Source: a virus (Duplodnaviria; Caudoviricetes). Taken from it: a DNA stretch of 33,470 bases. Location: the IMG/VR virus record IMGVR_UViG_3300025467_000044, positions 1-33,470 of that record, one strand, 5' to 3'. Below, piece by piece: positions 1 to 6,940 of the stretch. The number at the start of each line of letters is the position of its first letter. Position 1 is the first letter of the stretch. The notes under the pieces were generated by a model. The model saw only the letters and a list, made by a program, of their open reading frames with translations. It ran no database searches and was not told the DNA's origin. The translations under genes were made by a program, and so were the position numbers.

Positions 1-160
1 CATCCATTTTTATATCGCCATTTTTAATTTGCTGATATAAATTAAATCCAAAATACTGCGTCCATCCTGGACCTTCAGCGACCAAACACATACTCTTCCC
101 ATAATAAATATGCCAATCTCCCAATGGCATGGCCCTCCAATAAAATTTAGATTTATCCAT
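1..160 (-). CDS. hypothetical protein (3' end runs off the window)
   Basis: Hand translation from ATG at 160 (MDKSKFYWRAMPLGDWHIYYG...) is open to position 1; the start overlaps the stop of the upstream gene (TGATG coupling). Confidence 0.55.
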   Translation of the reverse strand, partial: MDKSKFYWRAMPLGDWHIYYGKSMCLVAEGPGWTQYFGFNLYQQIKNGDIKMD

Positions 161-360
161 CAGTCAGTCTCTTTCGGTGGTTTGGGTAAAATCATCCAGT
201 GAGTAGCCTCATAATGTACAGATGAAGAACAACACCCGCAGCCATTGTGTTTTGGATACATTCCAAATTCTGTTTCAACCAGCCAAATATCTTTTCCATC
301 CCAAACAAGGATTTCTGAATCTTCTGGTGCGGTTTCTATTGGCTGCCAATCAGTCATCAT
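160..360 (-). CDS. DUF551-like small phage protein
   Basis: WQPIETAP...ILVWD...THWMILPKPP, the typical DUF551 N- and C-terminal motifs. Confidence 0.75.
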   Translation of the reverse strand: MMTDWQPIETAPEDSEILVWDGKDIWLVETEFGMYPKHNGCGCCSSSVHYEATHWMILPKPPKETD

Positions 361-540
361 TCATTCTCCTTTTGGTGGTTCGGGAAGTGGCATCCAGTGG
401 GTTGGAAAAATCTGTCCTATTTCTAAAACTATAAAATATGGCTGGCTGTCGTCTCCTCTACAATCTGCCCAACATTCGCCAATGTAAATACCTATTTCAT
501 CCCAAACAAGTATTTCTGAATCTTTTGGTGCGGTGCGCAT
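361..540 (-). CDS. second DUF551-like protein (59 aa, absent from the ORF track)
   Basis: Hand translation MRTAPKDSEILVWDEIG...FPTHWMPLPEPPKGE*; paralog of the adjacent gene. Confidence 0.7.
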   Translation of the reverse strand: MRTAPKDSEILVWDEIGIYIGECWADCRGDDSQPYFIVLEIGQIFPTHWMPLPEPPKGE

Positions 541-784
541 GGGTTATATCGTCTCTAATGGCTCTTTATATAGCCATAAAAGCGTTAAATGTAAATGAAA
601 ATAGCCATTAAGGGCCAGCCATTCCTCTCTCTCTATCTATAGGTTGACACTATCATAGATATTGGGGTTGTCAACTTATTAAGCTTAGCAATAGTAATTT
701 ATTTTTTGGGTGGGATGTATTGCCCTACAAAATGAAAATATGTTGGGTAATAGCTTGGCAATGGGTGTATATGTTGTGTATATA

Positions 785-857
785 GGTTGACAGTTATTTG
801 GAAAATTTTACCCAAATATCGGGGGGTTGGGTTGACACTTGTTTTGAAAATTTTACC
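785..857 (+). repeat. imperfect ~28 bp direct repeat
   Basis: GGTTGACAGTTATTTGGAAAATTTTACC (785-812) versus GGTTGACACTTGTTTTGAAAATTTTACC (830-857). Confidence 0.7.
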
Positions 858-930
858 ATTTTTACGTGGGGGCTAAATCATCATCACCATCGGCTATAGG
901 GGGGTGTATAGGGGGGGCAACAGCCAAGCC

Positions 931-1233
931 GAACAGAACGGGAACAGAATATATTCCTATCCTAGGCGCGCAGTCCTAAATAGCCAAGCCGTGTTTCACG
1001 TGAAACAATATAGCCATGCTTCATGGGCGGGGAGAACAAAACGTGAACGGATTATATTCCTATCGTCTATTGTTAAGCCATATGGCTATGGTTGACAATG
1101 CACCTTGGCAATGTCACGGGATTGCTATAGTATAAGGCCAAGCTAATTGCCACGCTGGGTTGGACATAACGTGAACAATGTTTATGGTTTGTTCATGGTT
1201 TGTTCTATTGCTGGAACGGAACGTGAACAGAAC
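931..1233. promoter_or_regulatory. cluster of alphaproteobacterial LexA-box-like sites (GAAC-N7-GAAC / GTTC-N7-GTTC)
   Basis: Exact matches at 931-945, 1034-1048, 1191-1205 (GTTC form), 1214-1228 and 1219-1233; one-mismatch copies at 936-950, 1162-1176 and 1180-1194. Confidence 0.7.
992..1007. promoter_or_regulatory. parS: parS centromere-like site (ParB binding consensus)
   Basis: Perfect 16 bp palindrome TGTTTCACGTGAAACA, identical to the chromosomal parS consensus. Confidence 0.8.
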
Positions 1234-1403
1234 GTGTCTGGCGTTCTCGGTTTAATCCTAAACAATACTGAGGCGCATTGAGTGCCATAAGGCAACCTAT
1301 CCGCTACCTACGCCAGTCTTATTGCCAAGCCTAGTCATGATCGCTTGGTATTGTTATGGTTATGCGCGCGCGTGAGAAAGGCGGAAAGAAGGGTTGTTGC
1401 GAA

Positions 1404-1463
1404 TAAAAATAATCCCCAAAATAAAAAAAATCGTTTGCATTAAATAGCAATTCGCGGCATTAT
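1404..1463 (+). promoter_or_regulatory. strong sigma70-type early promoter with A-tract UP element
   Basis: TTGCAT (1435-1440)-17 nt-CATTAT (1458-1463), preceded by A-tracts and lying upstream of the first small ORF. Confidence 0.6.
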
Positions 1464-1531
1464 CAGAGTGTGAGGCGCAAGTGATTTGCCCAGCAAGCAC
1501 AAGGCCTTAGCAATTAAGTGGAGATTGAGAC

Positions 1532-1789
1532 ATGATAGCAATTCACACGAAATATATAGCGCCAACAAATACCAAGGGTGCGCGGATTAAAGCTTACACC
1601 CACAGTAGATTCTCAGTCGTGGTTTCTTATCCTTACGAAAAATCAACTGAGATGGCGCACTATGAAGCCGTGAAAGCATTGGCGGAAAAATACCATCTCT
1701 CATGGTCTATAGATGCCATGTGTTTTGGTGATAGTGCTGATGGCAAGGGATATACCTTTTGTTTTAATCAATCAAAAATCGCAGCTTAA
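1532..1789 (+). CDS. early hypothetical protein
   Basis: 85 aa ORF with RBS GGAGATTGAGAC-ATG; N-terminus IHTKYIAPTNTKGARIKA resembles small phage early proteins. Confidence 0.8.
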   Translation: MIAIHTKYIAPTNTKGARIKAYTHSRFSVVVSYPYEKSTEMAHYEAVKALAEKYHLSWSIDAMCFGDSADGKGYTFCFNQSKIAA

Positions 1790-1802
1790 TGGAGATTGAG
1801 AC

Positions 1803-2015
1803 ATGGAGAAAATTGACGAACATTTGAAATATCCTCGCTTAGACGATAAAGGTCAGCCTGATGAACGTTATGAGGTAAACTATGAGTGGACGGGTTATTC
1901 AATCCCCATGTTAGTGTTGCGCTTTTGCGGTGAATCCATAGGTTGCCCAAAAGGTCTTACAACTGCGCGAAGGATTGCCGAGGCGCATTACAATGAAATG
2001 ATTGGCCTTAATTGA
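1803..2015 (+). CDS. early hypothetical protein
   Basis: 70 aa ORF with the same RBS motif; its stop codon is the first codon of hairpin repeat 1. Confidence 0.75.
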   Translation: MEKIDEHLKYPRLDDKGQPDERYEVNYEWTGYSIPMLVLRFCGESIGCPKGLTTARRIAEAHYNEMIGLN

Positions 2016-2077
2016 TTGCAGCTTCAAGCACCATAGCAATATGGTGTTTGTGGAAGCAATCAAGCTTCATAATATAG
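2013..2077 (+). repeat. structured intergenic repeat, copy 1 (RNA hairpin)
   Basis: TGATTGC/GCAATCA outer stem; 11 bp inner stem CAAGCACCATA-GCAA-TATGGTGTTTG. Confidence 0.85.
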
Positions 2078-2089
2078 CGAATTAACATC

Positions 2090-2323
2090 ATGCAATATCA
2101 ACTTATTATTCCACCAATAGCAGAGACACAGATAACGGGTTTTGCAATGGCTGCTGAAAAAATTATTGGCAACTCTCATTGGCGCTTAGAGATATGGCGC
2201 GGTGAAAGCTTGCCTCGTGCTTATAAAGACGGGAAACCGCAAGAGAGCATCAAGGTGTGCAGTAAGTCTGTTATAAATCTTAGCAATGCGATTGTGTTGT
2301 TTTATAATCAAACAAAAAACTGA
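2090..2323 (+). CDS. early hypothetical protein
   Basis: 77 aa ORF co-oriented within the operon; weak RBS. Confidence 0.55.
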   Translation: MQYQLIIPPIAETQITGFAMAAEKIIGNSHWRLEIWRGESLPRAYKDGKPQESIKVCSKSVINLSNAIVLFYNQTKN

Positions 2324-2335
2324 AGGAGTATTGTT

Positions 2336-2620
2336 ATGCTTACATTTAATATCGAATTAACTGACACTTTTGGTGGTGTGGCGAATTATGCGTGGGTTAA
2401 GCGTGCTAGTGTTGTTATGCCTGAATTGACACACTATGGCTATGACGGCTCGCAAGGGTATCATAAAGCAAATAAGAAAATGGAACGTGAGTTAATCAAG
2501 AAGGCCAAGAAAACCATAGGCCTATGCGGAAGGCATATTAAAGAAACATGGGGAGACACAATAGTCCTGCGTTATCCTTCTTCTAATGTAGTATGCTTTA
2601 TAGAGATTGATCCTGCCTAG
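2336..2620 (+). CDS. early hypothetical protein
   Basis: 94 aa, AAGGAG RBS, IELTDTFGGVANYAWVKR motif typical of small phage early proteins. Confidence 0.8.
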   Translation: MLTFNIELTDTFGGVANYAWVKRASVVMPELTHYGYDGSQGYHKANKKMERELIKKAKKTIGLCGRHIKETWGDTIVLRYPSSNVVCFIEIDPA

Positions 2621-2649
2621 TGTTTCCTTACCAGCGATTAGGTGGAAAA

Positions 2650-2712
2650 ATTGCAGCTTCAATCCCATCATTCGTGGTGGGATTGTGGAAGCAATCAAGC
2701 TTCACAATATAG
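2650..2712 (+). repeat. structured intergenic repeat, copy 2 (covaried stem, UUCG loop)
   Basis: Same flanks as copy 1, but the inner stem is CAATCCCATCA-TTCG-TGGTGGGATTG. Confidence 0.85.
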
Positions 2713-2723
2713 GGGATTGAGAC

Positions 2724-2969
2724 ATGATTATGATAAACGAAACGCTAATAAATCAAGCAAATAACGCATTCGGGAGAACTTTTTATCTTATCCACGCAAA
2801 AGCGGCGAACGTACCCGCTGGCTCTGGTACTAGATGGGATGACGAGTGCTTCAAGGTTATTTCATTAGATCGCAATGGCACGCGCCATGGGCGGGCATAC
2901 AAAACACTTGATGAAGCGCAAACAGACTTTGAAGCTTGCACAACACCGATTGTCGCGATTGAAGCTTAA
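2724..2969 (+). CDS. early hypothetical protein
   Basis: 81 aa ORF with RBS GGGGATTGAGAC-ATG. Confidence 0.75.
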   Translation: MIMINETLINQANNAFGRTFYLIHAKAANVPAGSGTRWDDECFKVISLDRNGTRHGRAYKTLDEAQTDFEACTTPIVAIEA

Positions 2970-2982
2970 TGGAGATTGAGAC

Positions 2983-3255
2983 ATGAGACTGATTATTGTT
3001 AATCGCGCTTGCGGATACATCTTCGCCGATATAATCGCAGAGACACCTATGCAAGCAATCAAAAAAATGGTGGAAGATATGGACATTCGATCCAAATATT
3101 ACCAGACGACAGAGCATGACAATAACGCTCAATATGATGTCTATCAAGTAGATGAAGACTTCCCGCAAGTAGATGACGGCCAAGATCAAAATCTAATTGA
3201 AGCACTAGAAAGATCGGGCAAGTATATCGCAAGCATAGCAATGGAAGAGGCATGA
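2983..3255 (+). CDS. early hypothetical acidic protein
   Basis: 90 aa, D/E-rich, RBS GGAGATTGAGAC-ATG; its stop codon begins repeat copy 3. Confidence 0.75.
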   Translation: MRLIIVNRACGYIFADIIAETPMQAIKKMVEDMDIRSKYYQTTEHDNNAQYDVYQVDEDFPQVDDGQDQNLIEALERSGKYIASIAMEEA

Positions 3256-3317
3256 TTGCAGTTTCAAGCACCATAGCAATATGGTGCTTGTGGAAGTAAT
3301 TAAGCTTCACAATATAG
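3253..3317 (+). repeat. structured intergenic repeat, copy 3
   Basis: Perfect 11 bp inner stem CAAGCACCATA-GCAA-TATGGTGCTTG; outer stem retained through G-U pairs. Confidence 0.85.
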
Positions 3318-3328
3318 GAGATTGAAGT

Positions 3329-3592
3329 ATGGCATACAAAATTATTATTTCTCGCCAATCCGCCGTTTTGTATTTACAAAAAGAATACGGGACGCAACGC
3401 GCTAATGTTATGCTTAAAAACATGCAAAAAGCAAAGGAAGGTTTTTGGTTTTTACCAGATATTTTTTTTGGAAAGCTTAAAACCAAAAAAAATGCCGTTG
3501 CATTAGCAGAAAGAGTAAAAATGAACGTTTTTTATCAACAAGGGAAACTTGGCAAAAAACTTGCTGACCCTTGTGTTTATCTAATAGATTAA
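3329..3592 (+). CDS. early hypothetical basic protein
   Basis: 87 aa, K-rich, RBS GGAGATTGAAGT-ATG. Confidence 0.7.
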   Translation: MAYKIIISRQSAVLYLQKEYGTQRANVMLKNMQKAKEGFWFLPDIFFGKLKTKKNAVALAERVKMNVFYQQGKLGKKLADPCVYLID

Positions 3593-3612
3593 ACTATCCC
3601 TTTCCCTATTAT

Positions 3613-3644
3613 ACCCCTTAGTTTTTGGCTAGGGGTTTTTTTTT
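3613..3644 (+). terminator. rho-independent terminator of the early operon
   Basis: CCCCTTAG...CTAGGGG hairpin followed by a 9 T run. Confidence 0.75.
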
Positions 3645-3674
3645 GCCCGCTTTCCAATCCAAGCTATAGCCCGT

Positions 3675-3710
3675 AAAAAAGAGAGCGGCTAACCCGAAGG
3701 ATAGCCGCCC
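3675..3710 (-). terminator. rho-independent terminator for the - strand genes
   Basis: On the - strand: GCGGCTA-TCC-TTCG-GGT-TAGCCGC followed by TCTCTTTTTT. Confidence 0.75.
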
Positions 3711-3735
3711 CAAGTTTCCCCGCTATAGGGAATTG

Positions 3736-3903
3736 CTAATCTTTATTCCATTCTCTGGGCGTGGGGTTTTTCTCCCACGACCATTTTTCAATTGGCCCTA
3801 ATTCATCCCATGCCTTGCGCTTAATTCCCACGTCATAATAAGGGCGGCGCTTGCAATCTTCCTCATACGCAATTTGACCAAGTGTTTTATTTAATTTTGT
3901 CAT
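3736..3903 (-). CDS. hypothetical protein
   Basis: ORF probably starting at MTKLNK; GQIAYE...W..L....K..W pattern seen in small phage proteins. Confidence 0.65.
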   Translation of the reverse strand: MTKLNKTLGQIAYEEDCKRRPYYDVGIKRKAWDELGPIEKWSWEKNPTPREWNKD

Positions 3904-3917
3904 GGTTAAGCTTCCTC

Positions 3918-4313
3918 TCAATAAACAACAATACCGCGTGAATAATAGGCGCTTGCGTCTTTGCCCTCTGGTACGTCATTAGGCCGCAAGATATACAATG
4001 AAGCGCCGCGTGGGTCTGTCTGGACATAAGGCTTCAAATCAGGATATTTTACCATAATATTGCCAAGACGTTTTAATGCGCCTCTCTCTCGGTCAGGTAT
4101 AATTGTGCCTTCAGGCACGTTATTAGTTTGACGTGCGCGGGCGTTGTAAAACATTGGCTTGCCCGTGTTTTCATTCCTTACGATATGACCCCATGCCGTG
4201 CCACATTCCAATTCATACCAGCGGCGCAAAATCCTGCTAATTCGGCGCAATGCCCTTGCGTCATAATAATCAATGCCAAGTGCTTGAAGTGTTTTGATTG
4301 CGTCATACTTCAT
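3918..4313 (-). CDS. hypothetical phage protein
   Basis: 131 aa with C-terminal YVQTDPRGASLYI motif; has its own upstream promoter. Confidence 0.8.
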   Translation of the reverse strand: MKYDAIKTLQALGIDYYDARALRRISRILRRWYELECGTAWGHIVRNENTGKPMFYNARARQTNNVPEGTIIPDRERGALKRLGNIMVKYPDLKPYVQTDPRGASLYILRPNDVPEGKDASAYYSRGIVVY

Positions 4314-4369
4314 GTCATCACCTATAGGGTTTCAATTATAAACAAGCATTTATGCGCTTGTGATAGTAT

Positions 4370-4414
4370 AAAACCACAAACCCAACCCAGCGTCAACGTG
4401 AACAAAAACAGAAC
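4370..4414 (-). promoter_or_regulatory. promoter with adjacent LexA-like box
   Basis: - strand TTGACG (4396-4391)-N13-GTGGTTTT; GAAC-AAAAACA-GAAC at 4400-4414 abuts the -35 element. Confidence 0.55.
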
Positions 4415-4424
4415 CTGCGTTTTT

Positions 4425-4556
4425 TTACATTTTCATGAGCATGAAGAATAAAACCACGGCCACGACCTGATCGTGAAAGAATGTTGCTAGTATTGCCACG
4501 ATTGCACCTAGAACCATAGTGCCAAGGGCGTCTAAAATGTCGCTATTCTTAAACAT
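4425..4556 (-). CDS. small membrane protein (43 aa, absent from the ORF track)
   Basis: Hand translation MFKNSDILDALGTMVLGAIVAILATFFHDQVVAVVLFFMLMKM*, starting directly after terS. Confidence 0.45.
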   Translation of the reverse strand: MFKNSDILDALGTMVLGAIVAILATFFHDQVVAVVLFFMLMKM

Positions 4557-4557
4557 G

Positions 4558-5106
4558 TTAATCCTCATACTCTGAAACGTCTTCACCCGCTGCCTTGCTT
4601 GCCGCTAGCAATGCACGTTTGAAAGCCTCTCGATCTTGTTCTGATAAGCTTTCCACTGGTACAGATTGCACAGCTTGCAGTTGAACGGGACCACCATTAG
4701 CACCCGTTAATGCCATGCTTCCCCTTTCGCTGTAAGCCTTTGGATGATAGCGAGAGGCAATCCACTTCAAACTGTCAAGCCTTATGCGGTCTTTCATTGG
4801 GTCTTCAACATTGTTGCCAAGTTCTATAATCATGTGCGCGCAATGATCTGCCACGGCTTGTCGTGCTTCATCAAGCGCAGCACTAAAATCAGGATTGGTA
4901 GCTGCCCAAGTGTAAATAGTAGATTTTGGCATTTTGCATTTCTTGCAAGCATTGGCTAAATCAACACCATGCTCTGTCATCTGGTAAATGATGAAATCCG
5001 CTATTTCTTGGTTGAATGTCGTTGGTCTGCCAATCTTAGCAGCGCGAACAATAGTTAAGCTGTCAGCGTACTTTTCCGAGGGAATAAGATCTTTCTTGCG
5101 TGTCAT
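4558..5106 (-). CDS. terS: terminase small subunit
   Basis: GRPTTFNQEIADFI...HTH (STIYTW)...RIRLDSLKWIASRYHPKAYSER...TGANGGPVQ, as in Sf6/P22-type TerS. Confidence 0.8.
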   Translation of the reverse strand: MTRKKDLIPSEKYADSLTIVRAAKIGRPTTFNQEIADFIIYQMTEHGVDLANACKKCKMPKSTIYTWAATNPDFSAALDEARQAVADHCAHMIIELGNNVEDPMKDRIRLDSLKWIASRYHPKAYSERGSMALTGANGGPVQLQAVQSVPVESLSEQDREAFKRALLAASKAAGEDVSEYED

Positions 5107-5115
5107 TTTTAATCC

Positions 5116-5364
5116 TTAAAATGCGATTGCGTCATTTTTTTCACGTTCTTTTAGCGCAATTTCGATTGACCATTGTGTCGCATGGTCAATGTCTAAAGCT
5201 TCATCCCAATATTCAGAAACTTTATGGATTGCACGCATCGCCTCGCTGTGTGTCATGGCGTGACCATGCTTGTGTGCAACATCAAGAACATCATCCACCA
5301 GCAAAACTGCGAGCGGGAAATGCCCATTTTCTCTTAAAGTTTTATATGCCTCTGCTACTGTCAT
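5116..5364 (-). CDS. hypothetical protein
   Basis: ORF likely starts at MTVAEAYK, coupled to the upstream gene. Confidence 0.6.
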   Translation of the reverse strand: MTVAEAYKTLRENGHFPLAVLLVDDVLDVAHKHGHAMTHSEAMRAIHKVSEYWDEALDIDHATQWSIEIALKEREKNDAIAF

Positions 5365-5365
5365 G

Positions 5366-5578
5366 TTATAAATCCCACGGGCTAACATTTTTGATTGCTG
5401 CGTGACACTTGCGTTCAATCGACATTGCTTCATTAGGCACAAACGTGCCATCCGCATCAACAACATCCGAATACTTATTGATGAAGTCAATGGCATCTAG
5501 AAGCGCATCTTCCATGATCGCATTATGCAATTCTAAATTAGCGATTTGCATTTTTAATTTGAATAAATCAGTTTCCAT
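5366..5578 (-). CDS. hypothetical protein
   Basis: 70 aa ORF packed within the - strand operon. Confidence 0.65.
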   Translation of the reverse strand: METDLFKLKMQIANLELHNAIMEDALLDAIDFINKYSDVVDADGTFVPNEAMSIERKCHAAIKNVSPWDL

Positions 5579-5741
5579 TGCTTTTATCCTTCACATATCG
5601 TTGGTCAATATCGAGTGAGCCTACATTCACATCAGGATCATCAACCTGATTATTATTGCGTGTTAATTCTAAATATATTGTGACGCAGATCAATGCCAGC
5701 GGCACAATAAAAAAGATTGAGGCAATGATCGACAAAGTCAT
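5568..5741 (-). CDS. small membrane protein (57 aa, absent from the ORF track)
   Basis: Hand translation MTLSIIASIFFIVPLALICVTIYLEL...; fills an operon gap. Confidence 0.45.
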   Translation of the reverse strand: MTLSIIASIFFIVPLALICVTIYLELTRNNNQVDDPDVNVGSLDIDQRYVKDKSNGN

Positions 5742-5830
5742 CACATCACCCGTTCACAGCGATATAAACACAAAACACTAACAACACGATTGAAACGGCT
5801 GCAATAGCGTCAGCGATCAAAAACATTATT

Positions 5831-6130
5831 TCATACTTCGTCATTGTCAAACCCCTCTAGTTTTACATAAATATCATCATCACTTTTATATGGTATATGC
5901 GTCACAACATAACCAATTCGATTAACAAGATGATAACCACTTGTAAGGCAGGGAACGCCGTTATCATCGTCTTGATAAGTCCAGACTGTGTTAGTGCCTT
6001 CATTGGCAAGAGTTAAAATATAATCCAATTCTTCACCATACGTCTCATAAAACCATGAGTCATTGAAGTGATTAGGAATTGGTTGATAAAGATCATCAAA
6101 TTGATCTTCTGATATAATTATAGTCGCCAT
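5831..6130 (-). CDS. hypothetical acidic phage protein
   Basis: 99 aa, FYETYGEEL...VWT...SGYHLVNRIGY motif; RBS GGAGATTGAGAT-ATG. Confidence 0.8.
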   Translation of the reverse strand: MATIIISEDQFDDLYQPIPNHFNDSWFYETYGEELDYILTLANEGTNTVWTYQDDDNGVPCLTSGYHLVNRIGYVVTHIPYKSDDDIYVKLEGFDNDEV

Positions 6131-6141
6131 ATCTCAATCTC

Positions 6142-6657
6142 CTATGTTTCTTCAGTTTCATCTTCATCTTGATCTTTATTGTCAAGCCAAGATTCATATT
6201 CATATTGCAGCATAACTTTTAACATATCGTTACCAACATTGTCAGCCCAATCTTCATTGTCAAATAATGTATAAATATCGCCTATCTCATAATCCTGACC
6301 AGAGGCATAAACGCCACAAAAACCCATACCAACCTCAAGATAAGCACATTCAACCTCATAACCCATAGATTCAAGCTTTTGCAGTATTTGAATAGGCGGC
6401 CCCCAAGGTGTCATAAAACCACCTTCACCCGATAAACCATCGTTAGAGACTGCAAAAGGATACCCCTCGCAAATATCCCATTTAATTCCCCAATTCTCTA
6501 TACGCCATTCATACCAACCTTCACCAGAAAGCAAATGCTCTGGCATGGGTGAGAATGTCTCACAAAGCTTTCCTTTGTTAATGGCATCGCAGACTTTGTT
6601 CATCATAGCCACATCGTTATGGCTGATTTTAATACGATTTTCGCACCAGTTTGGCAT
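6142..6657 (-). CDS. DUF1281/YubB (Api92-like) ferredoxin-fold protein
   Basis: MPNWCENRI...GWYEWRIENWGIKWD...FMTPWGPP...YLEVGMGFCG signature. Confidence 0.8.
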   Translation of the reverse strand: MPNWCENRIKISHNDVAMMNKVCDAINKGKLCETFSPMPEHLLSGEGWYEWRIENWGIKWDICEGYPFAVSNDGLSGEGGFMTPWGPPIQILQKLESMGYEVECAYLEVGMGFCGVYASGQDYEIGDIYTLFDNEDWADNVGNDMLKVMLQYEYESWLDNKDQDEDETEET

Positions 6658-6660
6658 ATT

Positions 6661-6894
6661 TCAATCTCCTATTTTCTCAATACGATCTAATTCTAATTCA
6701 TGCCATTCACCATCATCACCTTCATAAGAAATCTCAATAATGTCAGCATGAACAGCATTTGATGAGTAACAATCTAAGCCGTTATTCATTTCTTCATGTA
6801 ATTGTTGAACAATGTCGGCGTTGTCATCAGACTCGCACTCAACTTTATATTTTTCGAGATAAGTAACTTCTCGTGTAATGTAATATGTTGGCAT
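6661..6894 (-). CDS. hypothetical acidic protein
   Basis: 77 aa with RBS GGAGATTGAAAT-ATG. Confidence 0.7.
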   Translation of the reverse strand: MPTYYITREVTYLEKYKVECESDDNADIVQQLHEEMNNGLDCYSSNAVHADIIEISYEGDDGEWHELELDRIEKIGD

Positions 6895-6940
6895 ATTTCA
6901 ATCTCCATATAGTCAAGGTCGAATCACCTTGTATCAATAG

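Noticed and set aside
245-487. + strand ORFs 222-434 and 245-487
   Set aside because: Antisense to the two DUF551-like genes.
904-1095. 63 aa ORF in the non-coding region
   Set aside because: GTG start within a G-run, and it overlaps parS and the LexA boxes; likely spurious.
2013-3317. CRISPR array or classical integron attC sites
   Set aside because: Spacers are ~550 bp and coding, no cas or integrase gene is present, the repeats lack RYYYAAC/GTTRRRY ends, and G-U compatible changes favour an RNA structure.
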